Positions 17,644 through 27,136 of a stretch of DNA of 64,000 nt are shown here, piece after piece (position 1 is the stretch's first letter; every line of letters starts with the position of its first letter). This stretch comes from Terriglobia bacterium (GTDB taxonomy: Bacteria; Acidobacteriota; Terriglobia; 2-12-FULL-54-10). Where the stretch lies: NCBI GenBank assembly GCA_963666975.2, contig CAXVYR010000004.1, positions 1,408,001 through 1,472,000 on the forward strand. The letters are read 5' to 3'. Below the pieces are notes generated by a model, which searched no databases, had not been told where the DNA came from, and saw only the letters and a program-made list of their open reading frames with translations. The position numbers and the translations under genes were made by a program.

Positions 17644-19785
17644 ATGAGCACATTGCAGGTGGACCGCGCAACGGTTGACTCCGGGGTCAATTCCAGGGCC
17701 CTGGCGCAGGTGTCGGCCGAAACGGCCCGCGCCTTGGGAGCGGCGGCCGGCCAGGCGGTGCGGCTGCTGAGCGAGCGCGCCTGCAGCACGGTGGCGCGGC
17801 TGGAAGTAAAGGAGGGCCTTCAGGGAAACGGAATTCATCTTGACCGCCATATCCGCCGCGCATTGAAAGCGCACTTGAATGATCCCGTGCAGGTCGAACC
17901 GGTGGAACTGAATACGCTGTCGATGCTGGAGCTGACTCCGGCCGTGGACGTCTCGACCGCGCACGATCTGATCCCCCATATCCGCGCGACGCTGCAGGAA
18001 TCACAGGTTCCGCTGGCCAAAGGCTCCGTAGTCTATCTGACATTTCCGCACTCCGGCGGGGGCACCACCTACGTGGTGCACAAACTGGATGAAGCGCCGG
18101 GCATGGTCGGCCCCGATACAAAAATCCATCTGCACTTCGCCGACTCCCACACGCCGGAGGGCGCCTTCGAGGTGACCTTTGAAGACATCGGCGGCCTGGA
18201 CCGCGAGATTCGGCTGGTGCGGGAGCTGGTGCAACTGCCGCTGCAATTTCCCCATTCCTACCGCCAGTTGGGAATTCAGGCTCCTCGGGGAATTCTCTTC
18301 CACGGCCCGGCCGGAAGCGGCAAGACTCACCTGGCGCGCGCATTGGCGAACGAGATCAATGCCCGCTTCTACTACATCAACGGTCCGGATATCCTGGGCG
18401 CTTACGCCGGGGAGACCGAGGCCAACCTGAAACGGATGTTTGCCGAGGCCGCCCACCATGCCCCCTCCATCATCTTCATCGACGAGGTGGACGCCATCAC
18501 GCCCCGGCGCGGCCAGACCGGCGCGCACTCCGACACGCGGATGGTGGGCCTGATGCTCACCCTGATGGACGGACTGACGAAGGTGGACAGTGTGGTGGTC
18601 ATCGGCACGACCAATCGCGTGGACTCGGTGGACCCGGCGTTGCGCAGGCCGGGGCGCTTTGACCGCGAGCTGTTCTTCGTCCCGCCCAGCGAACAGGGAC
18701 GCCGCCAGATTCTGGAGATCCATACACGAGAGATGCCGCTCGAAGAGAGCGCCGAGCAATCGCTCGACTCGCTGAGCCAGCGGACGGCGGGCTTCGTCGG
18801 CGCTGATCTGATGGAGCTGTGCCGCGAAGCCGGGCTGAACGCCCTGCGGCGCAACGCCGTCGGCATCCGGGACGTTTTGGGCGCGGTGTATCTGCCGGAC
18901 GACAGAATCACGGTGAACGGCAGCGACTTTGAAAAAGCCCTGGAGTGGATCAAGCCTTCCGCCATGCGGGAGACTCTGCTGAGCGCGCCCTCGGGCAACT
19001 GGAACCAGATAGCGGGCCTCGAACCGGTCAAGGCGCGTCTCAAACGGCTGGTGGGGGAAGCTCTCTCGGAGAACAAGACCGGCCTGGGCATTCTGCTATG
19101 GGGACCATCAGGAACCGGAAAAACCATGCTGGCCAGAGCGCTGGCCCGGGAGTTCTCCGCCAATTTCATCCCGATTGAAGGTCCGGAACTATTCACCCAA
19201 TGGGTGGGAGAGTCGGAAGAAGCGGTACGGCACGTCTTCCGCATCGCGCGCCAGGTTGCTCCGGCCATCGTTTTCTTTGACCATCTCGACGCCATCGCTC
19301 CGGTCCGCGGCAACCAGCCGCAAGGCACCTACACCACCGAGCGAGTGGTGAATCAGCTTCTGGCGGAGATGGACGGGATCGAACCGCGCCGCCGGGTGGT
19401 TGTGCTGGGGGCCACGGACCGCCGCGACCTGATCGATCCTTCGCTGTTGCGGCCCGGAAGGCTGGGCACGCACATCCACGTGCCGTTGCCCGACGCAGCC
19501 GCCAGGAAAGCCTTGGTTCAAATGTGCATGGGAACTGAATCGCCCGATGCGGGTCGCCATGCAAACGAAATCGCCACGAAGGCGGCCCGCAAGACGGATG
19601 GATTCTCCGGCGCTGATATTGTCCAGCTCTGCCATGAGGCTAAGATTTTGGCCGAGGAAGAAGCCGATGCCTCCGGCAGGCGGCAAGTCATCTGGAAGCA
19701 CTTCCAGGCTGCGCTCGCCGCACGAACCGCGCAGATCATCCTTGGCGCCGGAAGTAGGCGCCAAAAGAGACCGGCTGCTAAGTAG
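17644..19785 (+). CDS. Cdc48/p97/VAT-like double AAA+ ATPase
   Basis: N-domain, TFEDIGGL; D1 GPAGSGKT/IIFIDE/DPALRRPGRFDRE; D2 GPSGTGKT/QWVGESEE/IVFFDH/LLRPGRL. Confidence 0.9.
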   Translation: MSTLQVDRATVDSGVNSRALAQVSAETARALGAAAGQAVRLLSERACSTVARLEVKEGLQGNGIHLDRHIRRALKAHLNDPVQVEPVELNTLSMLELTPAVDVSTAHDLIPHIRATLQESQVPLAKGSVVYLTFPHSGGGTTYVVHKLDEAPGMVGPDTKIHLHFADSHTPEGAFEVTFEDIGGLDREIRLVRELVQLPLQFPHSYRQLGIQAPRGILFHGPAGSGKTHLARALANEINARFYYINGPDILGAYAGETEANLKRMFAEAAHHAPSIIFIDEVDAITPRRGQTGAHSDTRMVGLMLTLMDGLTKVDSVVVIGTTNRVDSVDPALRRPGRFDRELFFVPPSEQGRRQILEIHTREMPLEESAEQSLDSLSQRTAGFVGADLMELCREAGLNALRRNAVGIRDVLGAVYLPDDRITVNGSDFEKALEWIKPSAMRETLLSAPSGNWNQIAGLEPVKARLKRLVGEALSENKTGLGILLWGPSGTGKTMLARALAREFSANFIPIEGPELFTQWVGESEEAVRHVFRIARQVAPAIVFFDHLDAIAPVRGNQPQGTYTTERVVNQLLAEMDGIEPRRRVVVLGATDRRDLIDPSLLRPGRLGTHIHVPLPDAAARKALVQMCMGTESPDAGRHANEIATKAARKTDGFSGADIVQLCHEAKILAEEEADASGRRQVIWKHFQAALAARTAQIILGAGSRRQKRPAAK

Positions 19786-19917
19786 CTTCTGTTATTGCAG
19801 TCCAATATCCAGCCCGCCCCCCCCGCGAAATGAAAGAGGCTGGGTCTTCACCTTGCCTCCGCGATGCTTTTGAGCGCATACTTTTCCCAGCTATTTGATC
19901 CAACAGGTGGGCTGAAA

Positions 19918-22611
19918 ATGGAACACGACTCTAAGCCGCGCGAAGAACCCACGCCGGGTAAACTGAAGAACGGCGAGCCGGAGGAAACCAGCGAGTGGCT
20001 GGAATCTCTGGAAGGATTGATGGACACCGCGGGGCCGAAAGGGACTGAGTTCCTGTTGAAACGGGTCCTGGAGCGAGCCCATCATCACGGCATGTCGCTT
20101 CAGTTTGCGGCGAGCACTCCGTACGTCAACACGATTTCGCAAAAACGACAGCCGAAATATCCAGGAGACGGCCGGATCGAGTGGCGCATCCGGAGCCTCA
20201 TCCGATGGAACGCCTTAGCCATGGTGGTGCGGATCAACCGGGAAGAGCCCGGCATCGGCGGCCACATCTCGACCTACGCGTCGCTGGCGACCCTGCTCGA
20301 AGTGGGATTCAACCATTTCTTCCATGCCAAAAAAGAAGGCCACTGCGGAGACATTGTCTATTTCCAGGGACACGCAGCTCCCGGAATCTACGCCCGCGCC
20401 TACCTGGAAGGCCGTCTGGAGCCCGGCCATTTGAAACGCTTCCGCCGGGAACTCGGCGACCGGCCGGGTCTCAGCTCCTATCCGCACCCCTGGCTGATGC
20501 CCGGCTTCTGGGAATTCCCCACCGTCTCGATGGGACTCGGTCCGATCTCTGCCATCTATCAAGCACGGTTCAACCGGTATCTGGAAAACAGAGGTCTGCA
20601 CTCCTGCGGGAACAGAAAAGTCTGCGCCTTCCTCGGCGACGGAGAAACCGACGAGCCGGAGACCCTCGGCGCTTTGACGCTCGCCTCCCGCGAAAAGCTG
20701 GACAACCTGGTTTTCATCATCAACTGCAATCTGCAACGGCTGGACGGCCCGGTGCGCGGCAACGGAAAAATTATCCAGGAACTGGAGGCGGCTTTTCGCG
20801 GCGCCGGCTGGCACGTCATCAAAGTGATCTGGGGGAACGACTGGGACCCGCTGCTGGAAACGGACACCAATGGATTGCTGGTTCAGCGGATGGAGGAGGC
20901 CGTGGACGGCGACTATCAGAACTACGCCGTGCGGTCCGGCGCATGGACGCGGGAACATTTCTTCGGCAAGTATCCCGAACTTCTTCAAATGGTGGAAGGG
21001 CTGAGCGATGACGATCTCAAGAAACTGCGCCGGGGCGGCCACGACCCAGAGAAGGTCTACGCCGCTTACAAAGACGCCTGGGAGCACAAGGGTTCTCCTA
21101 CGGTGATCCTGGCCAAGACTATCAAAGGCTACGGCCTGGGAGAGTCCGGCGAAGGCCGCAACGTCGCCCACCAGCAGAAGAAGCTGAACGAGCAGGAACT
21201 GAGAGATTTCCGCGACCGCTTTCAGATTCCGATTCCGGAGGAGAAGATCAACGATTACCCCTTCTATCGCCCTCCGGAGGAGAGCGAGGAGATTCAATAT
21301 CTGCTGGAGAGGAGAAAAAAGCTGGGAGGATTTCTGCCGGAGCGCAAGGTCCGCGCGGCACCGCTGGAAGCTCCCCCGCTCGAACAGTTCGCCGAGTTTT
21401 TCCAAGGCTCCGGGAACCGCGAGGTCTCGACCACCATGGCCTTTGTGCGGCTGCTTACTCTTCTGCTGAAAAACCCCCGCATCGGCAAGCTGATTGTCCC
21501 CATCGTTCCGGATGAAGCCCGGACCTTTGGAATGGAGTCGCTGTTCCGCCAGTTCGGCATCTACGCCAGCCAGGGGCAGCTTTACGAGCCGGTGGATTCG
21601 GATGTGTTTCTCTACTACAGGGAAGCCAAGGACGGGCAGATTCTGGAAGAAGGGATCACCGAGGCCGGCGCCATTGCATCGTTCATCGCGGCGGGCACCG
21701 CTTACGCCACGCATGGGATCAACACGATTCCCTTTTTCAGCTATTACTCGATGTTCGGCTTTCAACGGATCGGAGATTTGATCTGGGCCTTTGCCGACAT
21801 GCGAGGAAAGGGTTTTCTGATGGGCGGCACGGCCGGCAGGACGACGCTGGCCGGAGAAGGCTTGCAGCACCAGGACGGCCACAGCCACCTGCTGGCCAGC
21901 ACCATTCCCACGCTCGCCTGCTACGATCCTGCCTTCGCCTATGAGACCGTGGTGATCGTCCAGGACGGTATCCGCCGCATGTACCAGGAACAGGAAGACC
22001 TCTTCTATTACATCACGATGTACAACGAAAACTATGCCATGCCCGCCATGCCGGAGGGCGAGGCAGAAGGAATACTGAAGGGGATCTACCGTCTGCGCCG
22101 TGCAGAGAAGGGCAAAATGGCGGTGCAATTGTTCGGCAGCGGAGCCATCCTGCGGGAGGCGCTGCGGGCGCAGAAAATTCTTTCCGAGCAGTTTGACGTG
22201 GCCGCAGACGTCTGGAGCGTGACCAGCTACAACCAACTCCGCCGGGATGCGCTGAACGTGGACCGCTGGAACCGGCTGCATCCCCAAGAACCGCCTCGCC
22301 GCTGTTATCTGGAAACCGCCCTCGGCAAGGCGGAAGGCCCCATCGTCGCCGTCACCGACTACTTGAAGATGCTGCCGGACCAGATCGCGCCCTGGCTGCC
22401 CGGCCGGTTTCTCTCGCTTGGCACGGACGGTTTCGGCAGGAGCGACAACCGTTCCCGGCTGCGGCGCTTCTTTGAGGTCGATGCCGAGTCGATCGCCGTT
22501 GCCGCTCTCTATCAGCTATCGCAGCAAGGAAAGATTCCCGCCGAGAAAGTTTCCCAGGCCATCCAACAGCTGGAGATCGATCCGGAGAAAGCAAACCCGA
22601 TGACGTCCTGA
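19918..22611 (+). CDS. aceE: Pyruvate dehydrogenase E1 component, homodimeric type
   Basis: GGHISTYAS, YFQGHAAPG, GLSSYPHP, GDGETDEPE ThDP motif, NLQRLDGPV, EGITEAG, YSMFGFQR, GEGLQHQDG, LGTDGFGRSD. Confidence 0.96.
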   Translation: MEHDSKPREEPTPGKLKNGEPEETSEWLESLEGLMDTAGPKGTEFLLKRVLERAHHHGMSLQFAASTPYVNTISQKRQPKYPGDGRIEWRIRSLIRWNALAMVVRINREEPGIGGHISTYASLATLLEVGFNHFFHAKKEGHCGDIVYFQGHAAPGIYARAYLEGRLEPGHLKRFRRELGDRPGLSSYPHPWLMPGFWEFPTVSMGLGPISAIYQARFNRYLENRGLHSCGNRKVCAFLGDGETDEPETLGALTLASREKLDNLVFIINCNLQRLDGPVRGNGKIIQELEAAFRGAGWHVIKVIWGNDWDPLLETDTNGLLVQRMEEAVDGDYQNYAVRSGAWTREHFFGKYPELLQMVEGLSDDDLKKLRRGGHDPEKVYAAYKDAWEHKGSPTVILAKTIKGYGLGESGEGRNVAHQQKKLNEQELRDFRDRFQIPIPEEKINDYPFYRPPEESEEIQYLLERRKKLGGFLPERKVRAAPLEAPPLEQFAEFFQGSGNREVSTTMAFVRLLTLLLKNPRIGKLIVPIVPDEARTFGMESLFRQFGIYASQGQLYEPVDSDVFLYYREAKDGQILEEGITEAGAIASFIAAGTAYATHGINTIPFFSYYSMFGFQRIGDLIWAFADMRGKGFLMGGTAGRTTLAGEGLQHQDGHSHLLASTIPTLACYDPAFAYETVVIVQDGIRRMYQEQEDLFYYITMYNENYAMPAMPEGEAEGILKGIYRLRRAEKGKMAVQLFGSGAILREALRAQKILSEQFDVAADVWSVTSYNQLRRDALNVDRWNRLHPQEPPRRCYLETALGKAEGPIVAVTDYLKMLPDQIAPWLPGRFLSLGTDGFGRSDNRSRLRRFFEVDAESIAVAALYQLSQQGKIPAEKVSQAIQQLEIDPEKANPMTS

Positions 22612-22656
22612 CTAGGGCTTCGGAATCCAGGCTTACTTTCGGGCACATCCGCCCAC

Positions 22657-23394
22657 TTACCGTAGCAGGCTTGCCGAACGCGGAAACTTCTGATCCGAGG
22701 AACTGGAAAGGCTCCGCAAGGCGGGTTTCTTCAGGAAACGAACCAGCGGCATCCCTTTTTCAAAACAATCCAGAATGGTGGGCAACAAGCGGGAACTGAG
22801 CGCGAGGCGCGGAGGGAATACTTTGGCAAATAGAAATTGTTTGTACTTCAGGTACTCTGCGGCAGGATGATTGCCGGAAAAACCCTTCGGCATCGATTGC
22901 AACGCTTCGCCTTCCAACTCGCCGAAAGCCGACCGAAAGCGCCCTTCCTGCAGGATAGAAAGAAACCGGCGCGGAGAGGCTGCGATCTCGTCCCGAACGG
23001 CGCGCAAGGTTTTCGGTTCGGGCATGTAGATGCCGCCGCCGATTAAAACCTCTTCCGTTGAAAAGTGGAAATACAGCCCCGGGCCAGCATGCTTGTGCAA
23101 CCCGCGCACGGGAAAAACGGCGGCCACTTGTGTCTTGTACGGAGTCTTGTCCCGGCTGAAGCGCGTGTCCCGATAGATGCGGTAAAGCGAACTCCGGGGG
23201 TCGGCCACCATCTCCGGCGCAAAGCGGCGAAGGGCTTCGCCGACCAGCAAAATCATCTCGACCATCGGCTCCTTGACAGCTTTCTCGTAGATGTCTTTGC
23301 GCGCCTGAAACCAGGGCCGGTTGTTGTGCCGCTTGAGATCGGCGAGAAACTGGAGCGCTGGCGGAGGGAACCCCTTAAATTTTTCCCGCTTCAT
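22657..23394 (-). CDS. DUF2461 (TIGR02453) family protein
   Basis: FLADLKRHNNRPWF, RIYRDTRFSRDKTPYK, GGGIYMP. Confidence 0.88.
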   Translation of the reverse strand: MKREKFKGFPPPALQFLADLKRHNNRPWFQARKDIYEKAVKEPMVEMILLVGEALRRFAPEMVADPRSSLYRIYRDTRFSRDKTPYKTQVAAVFPVRGLHKHAGPGLYFHFSTEEVLIGGGIYMPEPKTLRAVRDEIAASPRRFLSILQEGRFRSAFGELEGEALQSMPKGFSGNHPAAEYLKYKQFLFAKVFPPRLALSSRLLPTILDCFEKGMPLVRFLKKPALRSLSSSSDQKFPRSASLLR

Positions 23395-23722
23395 TATTTC
23401 TGTTTCCCCGTTCTCCCATCATCTTATTATTATTAATTTATCAATTTCTCACTCTGCCTGCTCTTCAATCTGCGGAAGCAAACAGCAGGCAACGCATATA
23501 GGAAACGGCCTGTCTGCCCCATTTAATTCAAATGGTTTTTTGAACGAGGGGGAGACTCTATTAGAGAATAATTCTATAGGAACGCGGTAATAGAAATACC
23601 CTTACAAACACTGGAAAGAATGCCGCGAAAAAATCCCGCAGCAGGCTTTCCTGATCACCCATAGTCACCCATGATGGATGATGGATGATGAATGGTGAAT
23701 GGTGAATACTGAGCCCCAATGA

Positions 23723-23941
23723 TTAACCCTTGGAAGCTCGTCTAGCCGCCCAGCGCTTCTTGGCAGCTTCTGAAATACGCTGCCGCGCCTTGGCAGACAG
23801 GCGTCTCCGAGGGCGCTTTCCGCCTCCTTTTGCAACAGAACGTTGCGCCTGAAGCTTTCGGAGCGTCGAAATAATTTCCTGTATTTTTTTCCCTTCTTGC
23901 TCTAACTCCCGAATAGCACTTTCTACTCCAGATGGTTGCAT
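23723..23941 (-). CDS. Small basic protein (72 aa): coiled coil plus Arg/Lys-rich helix
   Basis: AAAGGAG RBS; RRRLSAKARQRISEAAKKRWAARR motif, as seen in small acidobacterial basic proteins. Confidence 0.75.
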   Translation of the reverse strand: MQPSGVESAIRELEQEGKKIQEIISTLRKLQAQRSVAKGGGKRPRRRLSAKARQRISEAAKKRWAARRASKG

Positions 23942-24043
23942 GCTTTCTCCTTTGGGATAAGTTCTAACTATACGATATGTATCCGGCCTATTGCAGGTTC
24001 CAACTCTATTGTGCGAACCGGAGTAAGCTATCGCAAGGAGGGC

Positions 24044-24072
24044 ATACTATAGACAAACGGATGATGTGTCAA
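24044..24072 (-). promoter_or_regulatory. Sigma70-type promoter upstream of the small basic protein gene
   Basis: Minus-strand TTGACA-17 nt-TAGTAT. Confidence 0.55.
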
Positions 24073-24145
24073 CAATTTCTCCGTTGAAGAATATCTTAGA
24101 AAGGGCTGGATAAGACTTGTTTACAGAGGAAAGCGAGACTCTCGC

Positions 24146-24679
24146 TTACCAGTTGACCTCTTCGGTTTCGAAGACGATATCCGGACCCGGAGTTGCTGCA
24201 TCACCCCGGGTTTCCGCAGTGATAAAAAGGATGAAGCTGCGCAGTGGAGTCAGTGTTGTAATATCCGCCGTATTGTTCTCGTCCACGCGAAGCTGGCCCG
24301 CGTTGACAACACGCTGCCGGTCGGGCGTAGCAACCCAAAGGACGTAGCGGGTGAATGTGTCCTTTAGGGTTGCCGGGTCCGGCACCTTCGACAGTTCCAC
24401 CTCAATAGTGTTATTCCGGTTGTAGGTCAGATCAATCCGCGCGCTGGCCTCTCCTGCTCTGGCCAGGGGAGAGGGAGTAAACCGAATCTTTTTTACGCAA
24501 GCTGTCCCCAACAAGCACAGGACCAGCAGAGCGGCGATCAACCATTTTGGCGTCGTATGTGTTGCGGTAAAAATCTTTCCGGCCTCCCGGTCTGGATGCA
24601 AGCCAGTATAGCGCAGAGATAAGTCCACTGCCAATCCGCGCGGAGGGAAAGAGGGAATCCGGATTCCGTTTGATTTCAT
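24146..24679 (-). CDS. Hypothetical lipoprotein
   Basis: LLGTAC lipobox; YVLWVATPD and FILFITAE motifs; true start probably downstream of the listed TTG. Confidence 0.6.
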   Translation of the reverse strand: MKSNGIRIPSFPPRGLAVDLSLRYTGLHPDREAGKIFTATHTTPKWLIAALLVLCLLGTACVKKIRFTPSPLARAGEASARIDLTYNRNNTIEVELSKVPDPATLKDTFTRYVLWVATPDRQRVVNAGQLRVDENNTADITTLTPLRSFILFITAETRGDAATPGPDIVFETEEVNW

Positions 24680-24952
24680 CGAGTTTTATTCGCTCCCGCC
24701 GCGGGTCCGCCGTCTCCGGCGGCATGGTCCAAAAGGTGGGCGTGACCAGCAATCTTTTCGCCCACAAACAGGGCAAAAAGACATACAATGATAGCGTCCC
24801 GCAGACGCTGGCACGTTTACCAAAGAGTCGCGGGCATCCCGGAGTGTCACCACAAAGCCATGCATACGGAGAGCGACAAGAACAATAGCTCCTGGTATGA
24901 ACTTCCTCAGCCTTTCCTTCCCAGCTTAGGCACACGCCTGCGAAAAGGGCAT

Positions 24953-26332
24953 ATGAACCTCCGCATGCTGCTCCTGGCGGGGTTCGGAGCCATGTTAGTG
25001 CTGATCCTGATCTCCGGGGTGGTCGCCGTGCGCATCGCGGAAGAGATTCGGAGCCAGGAAACCGAGCACTATGACGACTTCCAAGAAACCCAAGCCATCC
25101 TGAGCAGAATCGAAGTCAACCTGCTGAAGGCTCAAATCGGGACCAATGACTTCCTACAAAACCGCGCGCGCGATATGGACGATTTCTATGAGCGGCAGCT
25201 CTGGGGCATTCAGCAAGAGCTGGAGAACGCCCACTCCATGCAGGAGATTTTATCTCTCACCCCCCAGCAGAAAGAGACATGGAACCTGCTGCAGGCCGAG
25301 GTGGACGAGTTCTGGAAGATGCTGGCGCCGATCTTTGAATGGACTCCCCGCCAGAAAGCGGTCCGATCCGGGCGATTTCTGCGCGAACAGGTGTTTCCCC
25401 GCAGGTCAGCCATCCTGGAAATTGCGGACCAGTTCAGCACGCTGAACCGCCAGCTTCTGCAGGAGAACCGGAGGGCGGTAGTTGCGGACGCTTCCCGGCA
25501 GTTTCGCAGATGGATGATGATTATGGGCGCCCTTTCCTTTTTGATTGCTTTGGTGGTGGCGCTGTGGACCACGCGCTACGCGGGGCGGCTGGAAGGAAGC
25601 CTGCAAGCACAGTATGAGGAAAGCAATACCGCCAAAACCAACCTGCAACGTCTCTCGGCCAAGCTGGTTCATGCCCAGGAGGACGAACGCCGCGCCATCG
25701 CCCGCGAGTTGCATGACCAAATCGGGCAGGCCCTGACCGCCATCAAGGTAAACCTGGGCATGCTGGAGCAAAAAACGGGAACCGTTGCGCCGGAGATTCG
25801 CGATCGCATTCATGAATCGAAGGTGCTGGCCGAGCAGATGGTTCAGGAAGTCCGGGAACTCTCGCGTCTTTTGCGGCCGGCGATGCTGGATGACCTGGGA
25901 CTGGTGCCAGCTTTGGAGTGGTACGTCCGGAGTTTTTCCCGGCGCTTCGGAATACCGGTGAACTTGAATACCGACCGCATGCTGGGCCGTCTTCCGGAAG
26001 AATGGGAAACCTGCATTTACCGCAGCGTCCAGGAAACCCTGACCAACACGATTCGCCACTCGGAGGCCACCGAGGTATTCATCCAGATGGAGCAAACTCC
26101 GGAGTCTTTGACCCTTACGGTGGAGGATAATGGACAGGGATTTGAGTTGAGCTCGCCCGCGGGCGGACTGGGTCTCATCGGCATGAGAGAAAGAGCCCAT
26201 GGATTGGGAGGAACCTTGTCGGTGGAATCCAATCAGCAGAGCGGGACCCGAATTCGGATCGTGTTGCCGGCGCCTCCGCCCGTCGCCACCGCGGACCAAC
26301 CAACCGAAACCGCTTCTGAAATTTACTCATGA
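24953..26332 (+). CDS. Membrane sensor histidine kinase (HisKA_3, NarX/DegS type)
   Basis: Two TMs; EDERRAIARELHDQIGQ, LRPAMLDDLGL, QETLTNTIRHS, EDNGQGF, GLGLIGMRERA. Confidence 0.93.
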   Translation: MNLRMLLLAGFGAMLVLILISGVVAVRIAEEIRSQETEHYDDFQETQAILSRIEVNLLKAQIGTNDFLQNRARDMDDFYERQLWGIQQELENAHSMQEILSLTPQQKETWNLLQAEVDEFWKMLAPIFEWTPRQKAVRSGRFLREQVFPRRSAILEIADQFSTLNRQLLQENRRAVVADASRQFRRWMMIMGALSFLIALVVALWTTRYAGRLEGSLQAQYEESNTAKTNLQRLSAKLVHAQEDERRAIARELHDQIGQALTAIKVNLGMLEQKTGTVAPEIRDRIHESKVLAEQMVQEVRELSRLLRPAMLDDLGLVPALEWYVRSFSRRFGIPVNLNTDRMLGRLPEEWETCIYRSVQETLTNTIRHSEATEVFIQMEQTPESLTLTVEDNGQGFELSSPAGGLGLIGMRERAHGLGGTLSVESNQQSGTRIRIVLPAPPPVATADQPTETASEIYS

Positions 26333-26982
26333 CCCTCCCGATCCGCATTCTGTTGGCCGACGACCACCGCATCGTGCGTCAAGGGTTGCGCCGCATTCTG
26401 GAGGAAAACTCCCGGATGGAAGTGGCCGGCGAGGCCAGCGACGGCAGAGAAGCCGTCCAGATGGCTTTGGATAAAGTGCCCGACGTCATCATCATGGACG
26501 TTGCCATGCCTCACCTGGGGGGGATGGAGGCGATCCGCCAGATTTCCAAGCGGCTCCCGGCAGCCAAAGTCTTGGTGCTGAGCATGTACTCGGATGAAAG
26601 CTACGTGGTTCAGATGCTGGAAGCCGGAGCCAAAGGATATTTGCTGAAGGACTCCGCCGATACGGACTTGGTGGAGGCGGTGCTGGCGGTCAGCAACGGC
26701 AAATCTTTTTTTAGTCCGCTGATTTCCAAGATTCTGCTGGACGAATACGTCAGACAGCTCCAGGAGAAGGGAATCTCAGATCGCTATGAGCTGCTTACCG
26801 AGAGAGAGCGGGAAATTTTGCAGCTGATTGCCGAAGGCCAGACGAGCCGCGAAATCGCAGAGTTGCTGAACCTCAGCACCAGCACGGTGGATACGCACCG
26901 CGGCCACATCATGGAAAAACTGGACCTGCATAATCCTTACGAAGTTGTTCTCTACGCCGTCCGCAAGGGTTTGATCTCTTAA
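26329..26982 (+). CDS. NarL/LuxR-family response regulator
   Basis: LADDH, MDVAMP, LTEREREIL...TVDTHRGHIMEKL HTH; ATGA overlap with the kinase. Confidence 0.95.
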   Translation: MTLPIRILLADDHRIVRQGLRRILEENSRMEVAGEASDGREAVQMALDKVPDVIIMDVAMPHLGGMEAIRQISKRLPAAKVLVLSMYSDESYVVQMLEAGAKGYLLKDSADTDLVEAVLAVSNGKSFFSPLISKILLDEYVRQLQEKGISDRYELLTEREREILQLIAEGQTSREIAELLNLSTSTVDTHRGHIMEKLDLHNPYEVVLYAVRKGLIS

Positions 26983-27136
26983 TCTCCCAAATTCTGCGAA
27001 TGCGAACCCTTCCGGTTTGATTGGAGAGCCTCCAAGGTGGAAATGGCACCCTTTAGCTTCCAAAATACTCTCCTTCCAGTATGGTGCCGCTCTTGGTTGG
27101 TTCGCTACGCTTAAGGGATAGGATCAGGAGTGGACT

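Noticed and set aside
20215-22287. 690-aa minus-strand ORF and similar long antisense ORFs (12647-14125, 46235-47287, 50605-51717, 56823-57803)
   Set aside because: Shadow frames of well-supported GC-rich genes, with no recognisable motifs.
23654-23707. Short repeats as CRISPR or iterons
   Set aside because: 7-10-bp low-complexity units with no spacers and no rep gene.
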